In this document: in pieces, positions 1-8,540 of the stretch
Layout of the letters: each line of letters starts with the position of its first letter
How positions within the stretch are numbered: position 1 is the first letter of the stretch
DNA from: an uncultured Acidobacteriota bacterium
GTDB taxonomy: Bacteria; Acidobacteriota; Blastocatellia; Pyrinomonadales; Pyrinomonadaceae
DNA length: 32,000 nucleotides
Direction of reading: 5' to 3'
Assembly: GCA_963705225.1 (NCBI GenBank)
Contig: OY970060.1
Coordinates: 636,501 to 668,500 of the forward strand
Notes under the pieces: model-generated
What the model was told of the DNA's origin: nothing
Database searches by the model: none
What the model saw: the letters and a program-made list of their open reading frames with translations, nothing else
Translations under genes and position numbers: made by a program

Positions 1-593
1 GAAAGCGCCCCCAGATTGGCTTCCGTATCGTTTATCGAAACCAGATCATTTTCAGTTAAATTTTCATTGATAAACTTATTTAGAAACCGGGTAGATAGGT
101 CTAACCCCTGCAGGCTGAATCTTTGATACGAGGTGATTCTAACGTCTGAAATATAATTGTTGTTGATAAAAGCGGTCAGTTTAATATTCGGATTAGAGAC
201 GATAAAAACCAGAGTTCTTTTTACCTGATGAAGCTTAATCCCTTTTGTTTCCGCTGCTTCCGCTTCAGCTGCCGCATTTTTTCTGCTGACAATTATCGGG
301 ACGAACGAAAAAAACTCGATCGGCCTGACTTTTCCGCCCTCGACCAGCTCAAAATCATCGACCGTTAAATCCTTGATGACGTTCCCTTTTTTATCCTTCA
401 CAATGGCTTCTATCTGCACCAGCTTCGTATCCACACGAATTAGGTCTTCTTCCGCCGGGGGTGTCGGGGTCGGGTTTTGGGCAAAGATAGATAGAGTAAA
501 AATGCCGGTTCCTAATAATAGGCAAAGCAGTGCCTCAGACAATGCAGAAAATTGCCGGGGACTGATCTTAAAAATCGCCTTTTTCCTTAACAT
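1..593 (-). CDS. N-terminal part of a VWA-domain (VWFA-related Acidobacterial, TIGR03436-like) secreted protein, running off the window start
   Basis: Manual reverse-strand translation from ATG at 593 is open to base 1: MLRKKAIFKIS...IFAQNPTPTPPAEEDLIRVDTKLVQIEAIVKDKKGNVIKDLTVDDFELVEGGKVRPIEFFSFV...NDLVSINDTEANLGAL. Missing from the ORF track because it is truncated by the window edge. Confidence 0.8.
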   Translation of the reverse strand, partial: MLRKKAIFKISPRQFSALSEALLCLLLGTGIFTLSIFAQNPTPTPPAEEDLIRVDTKLVQIEAIVKDKKGNVIKDLTVDDFELVEGGKVRPIEFFSFVPIIVSRKNAAAEAEAAETKGIKLHQVKRTLVFIVSNPNIKLTAFINNNYISDVRITSYQRFSLQGLDLSTRFLNKFINENLTENDLVSINDTEANLGAL

Positions 594-676
594 CTTATTT
601 GCAGGTGGTAATTTTTCCGAACGCGTAATTTTATCCTATTCAGACCAATACCTATAAAATGAAATAGATGATTGTA

Positions 677-709
677 ATGAGGTCAGTACCGGGAACGTAG
701 TGACCGGCT
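677..709 (+). repeat. REP-like dispersed repeat, copy 1 (ATGAGGTCAGTACCGGGAACGTAGTGACCGGCT)
   Basis: Identical over 33 nt to the reverse complement of 22308-22340; inverted partner at 815-847 (30/33). Confidence 0.85.
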
Positions 710-814
710 TTGAGCGCCAGCGAATAAAACTAAACAGCCTGCCACAGGATACATGCGCTCCCAGGTCTTTGCCCGACAGGTGCCTGCTTGAGAAAGTTAC
801 TCGCTTCGCTCGTG

Positions 815-847
815 AGCCAGTCACTGCGTTCCCGGTACCGACCTCAT
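815..847 (-). repeat. REP-like dispersed repeat, inverted partner of 677-709
   Basis: Reverse complement ATGAGGTCGGTACCGGGAACGCAGTGACTGGCT, 3 mismatches to copy 1. Confidence 0.85.
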
Positions 848-922
848 ACCCACACCGAGTCGTTTTCAAAACTGATCCACTACCGAAGTGCGATGTGCTG
901 ATTTTTTTTTAATCGGGCTGCC

Positions 923-1024
923 GCATAAGCAAGGGCGCCTTTATACGCCTGAAATGCGCCTCCCTGACGGTCGGGCTACTGACGCTGCTTTACCGACCCC
1001 GGCAACTCAAATTAGGACACTACC
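923..1024. repeat. Dispersed intergenic repeat, second copy at 28243-28340
   Basis: Shared AGCAAGGGCGC..T..CGCCTGAAATGCGCC..TCCCTGACGGTC.GGCTACTGAC and CAA..CAAATTA.GACACTA.CC. Confidence 0.75.
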
Positions 1025-1093
1025 CAATATCTCTATTCCTCAGTATCCTTGTTTCATCCCCTTTGCGCCTTTGCGGATAAGATTTTATCCCAC

Positions 1094-1556
1094 AAAGATA
1101 ACCCTGACAAAAAGACCGCGACCACGGTAACTTCCATAAACCACACTAAAAGTTTTGCGTCAGTCGAAGTAAGATGATGGGGCGACGCCTCGCAGGCCGA
1201 TCTTTGACAGTTTCTATTTTGTACCATTATTCGAAAAATAGCGTTCCAAAAGCGTTTCAAAAGCGTTCCAGGTATTTCAGTATTACAGCCGCGAGGGTGA
1301 AAACCTTAGAATGCCCGGGCTATGCCAGGGCGTGCGAAAACAAAATAAAAGGTAATCCTGACAAAAAAGCCTGTTTCTACGGTAACTCCATAACAACACT
1401 AAAAGTTTTGCCTCGCAGGCCGATCTTTGACAGTTTCTATTTCGTACCATTATTCCAAAAATAGCGTTCCAAAAGCGTTCCAGGTGTTTCAGTGTTACAG
1501 CCGCGAGAGGGTGAAACACTTTAAATGCCTGGGCTATACCGGGGCGCGCGAAAACT
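1094..1556. repeat. Degenerate tandem duplication, two units (about 1094-1343 and 1353-1556)
   Basis: Both units contain, in order, CCTGACAAAAA, CACTAAAAGTTTTGC, CTCGCAGGCCGATCTTTGACAGTTTCTATTT, ATAGCGTTCCAAAAGCGTT and CAGCCGCGAG..GGGTGAAA. Confidence 0.85.
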
Positions 1557-1588
1557 AAATGGCGTATAATTCGTAGTACCTACTACTA

Positions 1589-3058
1589 ATGGAAGAAATC
1601 GAGTTAATTGAACCTATGCCCGATGGCGAAGAAGTGATCGTTACCGCACCATCTGACCAAGCCGCACCGAAGAAATACGACCGTTCGATCGTCGAAGGCC
1701 CGCTCGGCAGCGCCGTCTGGAAGATCGCGTGGCCGGCGATCCTGACAAATTTATTCAGCGGCCTGCAGGGCTGGGTCGATCAGATCATGGTCGGCAATCT
1801 GATCGGTTACCAGGCGAACGCCGCGATCGGATTGGCTTTCCAGATATTCCTGGTGGTGATCGTGTTTATTTCGTCGATCTTTATCGGCATGAGCGTGATG
1901 GTCGCGCGTTTTGCCGGGGCCAACGACCACGAAAAGGTTAATCGCACCGTCTATCAGGGGTTTCTCACCGCGATCGTTATGTCGCTGGGGATACTGGCGC
2001 CGATCGGTTATTTCTCGGCGCCTTACCTGCTCAGAATGGTCAGCTCCGACGCGGCAGTACTGGCGGAGGCGCTTCCGTTTCTGCGGATAATGTTCGTTTT
2101 CAGCATCGGGATGCTGATCTATTTTCTGCTCAGCGGCGCGCTCCGCTCAGCCGGTGACGCGCGGACGCCGATGGTGCTGGGCGTGGTGATGACCGTGCTG
2201 AATCTTATCTTCAATATCATTTTAATTCGCGGCCTGGGGCCGATACCCGCATTCGGCACCGCCGGGGCGGCGATCGGAACCTGCCTGGCGGCCGGAATAG
2301 TCGGAGTTTATTCTCTCTGGCGGCTGACTGCCGGGGGCTGGGTGGTTTCTTTTCCAAAAAGCGGCTATGCGCCCGACTGGAAAGTGATCAGACAGCTTTT
2401 TAAATTCGGGCTTCCCGCCGGGATCCAGGGCATCGCGATGAACGTCGGCGGCGTGATGATGTACTGGTTCATGGGTTCGCTGGCAAACAGCGCGGCGGCG
2501 CAGGCCGCTTATGCGGTGTCTTACGGCCAGCTATTTTTGCTGATCACCTGGTCGTCCAACGCGCTGATGGGAGCGTCGGCCACCGTCGCCGGACAAAATC
2601 TGGGTGCGGGTAACCCCGACCGCGCCAATGCGGCCGTTCACACTGCCGCCCGGATCGGTCTTACGGGAGCGGCTTTCGCCGGGATCTTTTTCTTTTTCTT
2701 TCCCGCTCAATTGCTCGGAATTTTCGGCATGAGAGAGCCCGCGGTGGTCGAGATCGGCATCCAGTTACTGCGGGTGCTCAGTGTTTCGGGGCTGTTTATC
2801 GCCGGGGCGCTGGCGTACACCGGCGGCCTGCAGGGCACTGGCGACACCAAAAGCCCGCTTTACATTTCGATCATCTCGCAGGTGGTGCTTCCGCTCGGCA
2901 TCTGTTTTGTCATCTCAAAAATCATGACGCTCGATCCGATACATATCTGGCTGGCGATCCTGGCCGGCCACATGACGCGCTGCGCGCTCAGCTTCCTCCG
3001 GTTCAACCAGGGCAAATGGCGTTCGATCAAAGTCGATCTCGAACACACAGCGGCTTAA
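1589..3058 (+). CDS. MATE family efflux transporter
   Basis: 489 aa, multi-pass membrane protein; MATE-like N-terminus (PLGSAVWKIAWPAILTNLFSGLQGWVDQIMVGNLIG) and central AGLPAGIQG / LMGASATVAGQNLGAGNPDRA. Confidence 0.93.
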   Translation: MEEIELIEPMPDGEEVIVTAPSDQAAPKKYDRSIVEGPLGSAVWKIAWPAILTNLFSGLQGWVDQIMVGNLIGYQANAAIGLAFQIFLVVIVFISSIFIGMSVMVARFAGANDHEKVNRTVYQGFLTAIVMSLGILAPIGYFSAPYLLRMVSSDAAVLAEALPFLRIMFVFSIGMLIYFLLSGALRSAGDARTPMVLGVVMTVLNLIFNIILIRGLGPIPAFGTAGAAIGTCLAAGIVGVYSLWRLTAGGWVVSFPKSGYAPDWKVIRQLFKFGLPAGIQGIAMNVGGVMMYWFMGSLANSAAAQAAYAVSYGQLFLLITWSSNALMGASATVAGQNLGAGNPDRANAAVHTAARIGLTGAAFAGIFFFFFPAQLLGIFGMREPAVVEIGIQLLRVLSVSGLFIAGALAYTGGLQGTGDTKSPLYISIISQVVLPLGICFVISKIMTLDPIHIWLAILAGHMTRCALSFLRFNQGKWRSIKVDLEHTAA

Positions 3059-3110
3059 GATAAGCGTTCTAAGTCACGCCTTCGGGCGGCTCTTCGTTCA
3101 GAGTTCAAGC
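3055..3110. repeat. Gene-end-associated intergenic repeat, copy A
   Basis: TTAAGATAAGCGTTCTAAGTCACGCCTTCGGGCGGCTCTTCGTTCAGAGTTCAAG, similar to 3817-3872 and 8386-8440; CGCC-TTCG-GGCG hairpin. Confidence 0.75.
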
Positions 3111-3136
3111 TTTAGCTTGTCTTAATACTATTGCAG

Positions 3137-3640
3137 TTATTTAGGGCAAGGAGGTGTACTGCTCCATTCCGTCCCTGAATTTTTATACCCGGGGCCGAGC
3201 GGGCCTGCCGTCACGACATTATAATCGCGGTCAACCGCTACCGAATGAATATATGGTTGAAAAGCGTTAGGATTTGTTACGCCTATGACACCCCGCCACA
3301 TCTCTGTGCCGGTCGCGCCGGAGACTTTAACTACCGACCTGTTCCAGGCGGCTACCACGAATACGTCACCATTAGAATCTATTGCCAGATCTTCAATGGG
3401 ATCGGAAAAGGCCCCGAAACGCCAGATCACACTTCCATCCGCTTTAGACATTTTGACCACTTCGGACCCGTTGATACTTCCGATCGCAATGATATCTCCG
3501 GCAGCATCTACGACAACGGCTTCCGCTCTGCTGCCGCAGCCGTTACAGGGAGATATTATCCGTTCCCATGCCAAAGCATCAGACGGCAAAAAAGACAAAT
3601 TGCATAGTACTAGAAAAAAGAGGATTTTTGGCTTACTCAT
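3137..3640 (-). CDS. Short secreted beta-propeller (SBBP/PQQ-like repeat) protein, possibly truncated
   Basis: 167 aa; signal peptide MSKPKILFFLVLCNLSFLPSDALA, then blade-like repeats AVVVDAAGDIIAIGSINGSEVVKMSKADGSVIWRF / DLAIDSNGDVFVVAAW...VVKVSGATGTEMWR / SVAVDRDYNVVTAG. Confidence 0.65.
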   Translation of the reverse strand: MSKPKILFFLVLCNLSFLPSDALAWERIISPCNGCGSRAEAVVVDAAGDIIAIGSINGSEVVKMSKADGSVIWRFGAFSDPIEDLAIDSNGDVFVVAAWNRSVVKVSGATGTEMWRGVIGVTNPNAFQPYIHSVAVDRDYNVVTAGPLGPGYKNSGTEWSSTPPCPK

Positions 3641-3780
3641 TGTAGGTTCTCCTTGAAGAATATGGGAAAAGTAAGGAGCTATCCATCACCGTCGCTAATC
3701 GGGTAATACCAGGCTCCCGAAAAATTAACCGTTTATTATTGGGGAACTCAATATATACCCTTACAACAGTGATGTAAAGA

Positions 3781-3828
3781 GTTTGTGAGCGCAGCGGCAC
3801 GCCAAAAAGCCGATTTGAGATAGGATAA
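3781..3828 (+). pseudogene. Decayed remnant of the 3' end of a SufR-like regulator gene
   Basis: Encodes VCERSGTPKSRFEIG*, versus VCDRTGAPKCRFEIG* at the end of the intact gene (8350-8397); 41/48 nt identical and no intact ORF upstream. Confidence 0.75.
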
Positions 3829-3872
3829 GTTAAGCCCCGTCCTTCAGGCGGCTTCTTCGTTCAGAGTTCAAA
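3817..3872. repeat. Gene-end-associated intergenic repeat, copy B
   Basis: GAGATAGGATAAGTTAAGCCCCGTCCTTCAGGCGGCTTCTTCGTTCAGAGTTCAAA. Confidence 0.8.
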
Positions 3873-4064
3873 TCTCAGCAGGCCGACCTTCCGCGCGCCG
3901 CCAGACCGAATAAAGTTCGTAAATAACAGCTGCCAGTGAGCGGTTTCTATTTTAACTTTTCTTTTTGGTAATTTCTGTATATAATTCCACCGCTCCTACA
4001 ACTATTTAATGTTTTAACACTCTGTTCGCCGCCTTGTCTGCGAACTCCCATAAAGTATAAATAT

Positions 4065-7000
4065 ATGAGCGAAACTGCCCACAAATTAGTTAAAGGCGTT
4101 AAAAGTGTAGGAGATTTTCTTGGCGATGCATTCGATGCTTTTAAGGATAGCAAGTTTATTGAAACAATCGAAAAAGCTTCTCCATGGCTCGGGCTGGTTG
4201 GTGAGGCCGGGGCCGAAGCACTTCCCCCTCTTAAATTTGTCACTAAAATCGCCAATGAATTCTTAAAAGAAACTGATCCTGAAAAAATAGGTTTTACCGC
4301 GTGTACTATCGCTTTTCAAAACTCAGTAGTAACTGCATTTAAGAAGATCGGCGGCCCGGCCGGGGAAAAGCAAGCGATCAAAAAAGCCAAAGAACAACTA
4401 AAAGAAGTTGAAAATTTTGATGAGGTCGATGTAGGGACACTTAAACTCGATAATGCTTTAAATCATGAATTTTATATAAAGTCCCTTCTGTGCTTTGAAG
4501 TTGCTGCCAAAAATGTCGGATATGTCGATAGCCAGGTTGAAGATCTAACCTTAATAATTCAGGAAAATTTCATCCATTCTCTTATAAAACTTCTATCTGA
4601 CGGCTCTGATAAAGATAAATTCCGGTCGTTTAAGGACTATCTGAAATTAGGCGGTCCGGAAGAAAAAAATGTCAGAAAGATGTTGGCGCAGCACGCCAAC
4701 TACCAAAGATGGTTGTTCGAGCAGGAGGCGGTGCTAAAAGTTTCGCCCTTTGCCTTAAAGCACATTTACGTCGATACCGACTGCAAGAAAACGACCTGGG
4801 GCGAGATGGACGGCTCCCGTGACAAACGGGCGGGTTTTCTTAGTGATGATCGCGCGGATCGGGAGCCGCTGCTGGAAACGGTCATCGACTTGATAAAATC
4901 TCCGGATCTGAAAGACGCCATCATCATTCAGGGCACCGCGGGTTCCGGCAAATCTTCGTTCACTCTAAAACTTTACGATGAATTATTAGAGCGCCGGCTG
5001 CATCCGATCCGTGTGCGGATCAAAGACCTTAGCTTCAGTTCCACGCTCGATATCAGGGACGACCTGCCGAAATCCATCAGATTCGGAGAAGGAGAAGATT
5101 CTAAGGATGAGCGATTGGACGAGAAAACTTTATTTTTGGACGGCCGGATTTTCGATGAACGAGGCGTGGGTGAATTTTCGCATATCAGCAAATACGTGAT
5201 CATTTTGGACGGCTGGGATGAAATCAATCTTTCCAACGAAGGGTTTAAGAATAAAGTTGCGCGAATGCTAAACCAGATCAATGACAGCTTCCTGCGCCGC
5301 GCTAACCCTCGTGTCCGCGTGATCCTGACCGGACGGCCGTCGAGCGATCTTGGCGATACCCAATGTCTCCGCGCTAATTCCCCTTTCCTGAATATTCCCC
5401 GGCTTACCCCCGAACAGCTGCGAAGCTATATTGCGGGTCTGAGAAACGCGGTCAATGCAAAGAAACCACCGATCCCGCGCACCGAATTAACGGAAAGTTG
5501 GATAGTTCCGGACGACGAGCGCTTCGAACCGATGATCAGGCAGTACGAAAAGGCGTTTGACAACCAGGGACAAAACGAATCGAGCGCGCTGGATATTTTA
5601 GGGCTTCCCTTGCTTGCCCATTTGACCGTTCGCCTGGTCGCCGAGTGGGAAGGCGATCTGACGCCGCTGCTGGAAAACCCAACCACGCTGTATCGGCACC
5701 TGATCGATCTGACCTGTAAGGAAGCCGGAAAAGTAGGTGACGAGAGTCAGGGTCAATATAAGATATACGGAGAATCGCTCAGGAGCCTGCTCTGGCAAAC
5801 CGCGCACGCGATCACCTTATCCGGCAGCGAAAACATCTCGCGTCTGGAATTGATCTCGCGCCTTAATATGGAAGACGGTGTTTTCGACAAAACCCTCACC
5901 GAACTGGAAAAGGAAAATAAACTATCTTCGCTGCTGATCAGTTTTTATTTTAAGGGCGGGCTTTCCCACCTCGGCTGTGAATTTGCTCATAAATCTTTCC
6001 GCGAATATCTTTTTGCTGAGGCGGTAATAGAGGCTTTAAAAAAGTACGGCCGGGATCAAAAGACCGTGCTGCCGCCGCGAGCAAACTACTGGGAAGATTT
6101 TCCGGAAACGATACAGAACGATTACAGGTTCCGGCTTTCCCGTGAGCTTGCAATGCTGCTCTCCCCGCAGTGGATAGTGCCGGAAGTGGCAAATCATTTG
6201 CGGCAGCTGATCAAATGGGAAATCGGGCGCACCCTCAACCCGGAGAAAGCAAAACAGCCGGGCATGCCAACCGCCGCCCTGACCCTGGAAGAATGGGGCC
6301 ATATCAGAAACGGGCTGACCGACCTGTGGGAATGGTGGGGCGAGGGCGTTCATTTGCGTCCGCAAAGGTCCCGGAATCAGTACACGGGCGCGGTCGAATT
6401 AGGAGACATTGCCTATGTCAATAACCTGATAAGGTGGAGCGCCCCGCGCGATGAGCGTATCCAGAACTGGGCGCCCGCCAGAACTGCGGCGGTGGACGCG
6501 CATCTGGGAGACGGGCTATTCCTGCTTTGCACCGCGGTTTACGCCGAAATGACATTTACCGATGCGGAAGAAAAGCTTAGGGAAATGGAATCAAAGCCCT
6601 ATCGATCTGTCAGGGAGGTAACCGGCAAGATAATTCTTTCCTTTAAACCATCGGGCGAGCATAGGGGTTATTTCCAAAATTATTCCCATAGAATAAACGG
6701 TGCCGGCTGGAGGCCGGACGGACAGTTCCCTCGTAAGTGTCATATAAAATTTACTGATTTTGAGTGGTGCAATTTATATTTAAGCTGCTTTGACCATACA
6801 CAGGCAGGTCATGCCCGCTTTCGAAATGCCATCGCCGGTAATGCCTCTTTTTGGAAATCAGACTTAGAAAGCGCTGATTTTCAAGGCGCAAGTTTGTTAT
6901 ACACTGACTTTTTAGCGAGTAATCTCTGGAATGGGAATTTCGTTAATACCGATCTTGATTATACAAATTTAAGAGAGGTAACAATTCTTAATGCAAACTT

Positions 7001-7175
7001 TGAAGGATCGAGGTGGGAGCAAGTCAGACTTGAAGATGCAGAAATAGACTTTACGGTAACGAAGGTGGACGGTTTCGAAAGTTCCGTATTCGATTCAGTC
7101 CGTTTCAATGGACAAAGCATGTCACGAGAAAAACTCTTTAAACAACTGGAAGAACAGGAAGAAAACCCGGATTAA
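4065..7175 (+). CDS. NACHT-domain STAND NTPase with C-terminal pentapeptide-like repeats (candidate anti-phage/immune-type protein)
   Basis: 1036 aa. Walker A GTAGSGKSS (4932-4958), Walker B YVIILDGWDE (5193-5222), post-NACHT FAHKSFREYLFAE, C-terminal A(D/N)F/L repeats (SDLESADFQGASLLYTDFLASNLWNGNFVNTDLDYTNLREVTILNANFEG). Confidence 0.88.
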   Translation: MSETAHKLVKGVKSVGDFLGDAFDAFKDSKFIETIEKASPWLGLVGEAGAEALPPLKFVTKIANEFLKETDPEKIGFTACTIAFQNSVVTAFKKIGGPAGEKQAIKKAKEQLKEVENFDEVDVGTLKLDNALNHEFYIKSLLCFEVAAKNVGYVDSQVEDLTLIIQENFIHSLIKLLSDGSDKDKFRSFKDYLKLGGPEEKNVRKMLAQHANYQRWLFEQEAVLKVSPFALKHIYVDTDCKKTTWGEMDGSRDKRAGFLSDDRADREPLLETVIDLIKSPDLKDAIIIQGTAGSGKSSFTLKLYDELLERRLHPIRVRIKDLSFSSTLDIRDDLPKSIRFGEGEDSKDERLDEKTLFLDGRIFDERGVGEFSHISKYVIILDGWDEINLSNEGFKNKVARMLNQINDSFLRRANPRVRVILTGRPSSDLGDTQCLRANSPFLNIPRLTPEQLRSYIAGLRNAVNAKKPPIPRTELTESWIVPDDERFEPMIRQYEKAFDNQGQNESSALDILGLPLLAHLTVRLVAEWEGDLTPLLENPTTLYRHLIDLTCKEAGKVGDESQGQYKIYGESLRSLLWQTAHAITLSGSENISRLELISRLNMEDGVFDKTLTELEKENKLSSLLISFYFKGGLSHLGCEFAHKSFREYLFAEAVIEALKKYGRDQKTVLPPRANYWEDFPETIQNDYRFRLSRELAMLLSPQWIVPEVANHLRQLIKWEIGRTLNPEKAKQPGMPTAALTLEEWGHIRNGLTDLWEWWGEGVHLRPQRSRNQYTGAVELGDIAYVNNLIRWSAPRDERIQNWAPARTAAVDAHLGDGLFLLCTAVYAEMTFTDAEEKLREMESKPYRSVREVTGKIILSFKPSGEHRGYFQNYSHRINGAGWRPDGQFPRKCHIKFTDFEWCNLYLSCFDHTQAGHARFRNAIAGNASFWKSDLESADFQGASLLYTDFLASNLWNGNFVNTDLDYTNLREVTILNANFEGSRWEQVRLEDAEIDFTVTKVDGFESSVFDSVRFNGQSMSREKLFKQLEEQEENPD

Positions 7176-7208
7176 TTCGGGTTCCTCCTGTTTCCCAGTT
7201 TCAATTTC

Positions 7209-7610
7209 TTACCGCGCGAATCTTTCGCTTAATCTGCCCAGCGCCAGCGCGCCGAGCGCCAAGCCCAAGTCGCGCAGGGCAACGTCGAAATAGCCGGGTA
7301 TCAACAGCAGATTGATAATTATCACGATCAGCCAGGCCGAAACCACATAGGCAAAAATTCGCGGTTTTACGGCCACGCCAATGCCGGCGATTATTTCGAT
7401 CACGCCGACGGCCAGCATGAGCTCGTGCCCGCGGCCGCCCACCAGATTATTTACCACCGGCGGCACGTATTTGTCCCAGTCGGTCAGGATATGCAAAAAC
7501 TTGTCCAGGCCGGCCAGTATCGGCGCCACGATAAATCCGAATCTTAAGATCCAAAATGCCTGATATGCGGGGTCTTTCGTGCCCGCCGTATTTTCGATGA
7601 CTTCGCTCAT
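7209..7610 (-). CDS. DoxX-like small membrane protein
   Basis: 133 aa, four predicted TM segments; WILRFGFIVAPILAGLDKF...LMLAVGVIEIIAGIGVAVKPR. Confidence 0.65.
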   Translation of the reverse strand: MSEVIENTAGTKDPAYQAFWILRFGFIVAPILAGLDKFLHILTDWDKYVPPVVNNLVGGRGHELMLAVGVIEIIAGIGVAVKPRIFAYVVSAWLIVIIINLLLIPGYFDVALRDLGLALGALALGRLSERFAR

Positions 7611-7764
7611 AAAAACATTTCCTCCCAGGTAGTGTAATTTTCAACTGCTTTTCGGTCCGGTATGTTTTTATCGTAGTAAAACTTAATTAATAAGTCAAAT
7701 AAGTCATTGACTTATTAAAATGAATGGTCTTTTATGTTAGAATATTCCCGGTGCTTAAAAAGCT

Positions 7765-8397
7765 ATGAAGAGAACCAAAATAGACAACCGCTTTTTTGAG
7801 AGTACCCGGGGAAAGATCGTGCTTCTTTTGCGCATTTCCGACCGGACGGTGGATGATCTGTCGAAAGAAACGGGTGTCACGGACAATGCCGTCCGCGCCA
7901 GTCTGCTCTCGCTCGAACGCGACGGGCTGGTTTTTCAAAACGGATCGGTAAAAGGCCATCGAAAGCCGCATTTTATTTATGCTCTGACCCGCGAAGCCGA
8001 AAGCTTGTTTCCGAAGCCCTTCGATGCCCTGTTCACGAATACCGTGGGGGTTTTGAAGAATAGCTTTTCGTCAAAAAAAGTCGAGCAGATCCTGCGGCAG
8101 ATAGGAGTTCAGATCGGCGGAAAATATTCGGCCGGCGCCGGCAGGTCGGGCAGGTCTGTTGGGGCTCGCCTGGAAACGGCGGTCAGGGCGTTAAACGATC
8201 TCGGCGGAACGGCAGCTGTTTCACAAAATGGAAAGACCGTGATTCGCGGAAAAAATTGTCCGCTGGCGGCGGCGGTCGTCACCCATCCCGAGGTCTGCAA
8301 ACTGGCGGAATCCCTGGTAAGCGAGATCGTCCATTCCAAGGTCACCGAAGTTTGCGACCGCACCGGCGCGCCAAAATGCCGGTTCGAGATAGGATAA
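7765..8397 (+). CDS. HTH transcriptional regulator, SufR-like, with C-terminal cysteine cluster
   Basis: 210 aa; N-terminal winged HTH (RTVDDLSKETGVTDNAVRASLLSLERDGLV), C-terminal NCPLAAAVVTHPEVCKLAESLVSEIVHSKVTEVCDRTGAPKCRFEI resembling the Fe-S ligand region of SufR-type regulators. Confidence 0.75.
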   Translation: MKRTKIDNRFFESTRGKIVLLLRISDRTVDDLSKETGVTDNAVRASLLSLERDGLVFQNGSVKGHRKPHFIYALTREAESLFPKPFDALFTNTVGVLKNSFSSKKVEQILRQIGVQIGGKYSAGAGRSGRSVGARLETAVRALNDLGGTAAVSQNGKTVIRGKNCPLAAAVVTHPEVCKLAESLVSEIVHSKVTEVCDRTGAPKCRFEIG

Positions 8398-8440
8398 GTT
8401 TTGAGTCCCGCTTTCAGGCGGCTTCTTCGTTAAGTTCGAA
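8386..8440. repeat. Gene-end-associated intergenic repeat, copy C
   Basis: GAGATAGGATAAGTTTTGAGTCCCGCTTTCAGGCGGCTTCTTCGTTAAGTTCGAA. Confidence 0.75.
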
Positions 8441-8540
8441 CTTTAACCCGCCTGGCGCATTTCGTGTGATTCCTGATCAGCTCATGGTCAGCTCTTAAAA
8501 AGTAAATGAGTCCAAATAGTGATCCTGTCGATTTTTTTTC

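Noticed and set aside
373-912. Plus-strand ORFs 373-657 and 700-912 and minus ORF 636-869
   Set aside because: The first is antisense to the truncated VWA gene; the others lie across the REP-like inverted pair and have no coding character.
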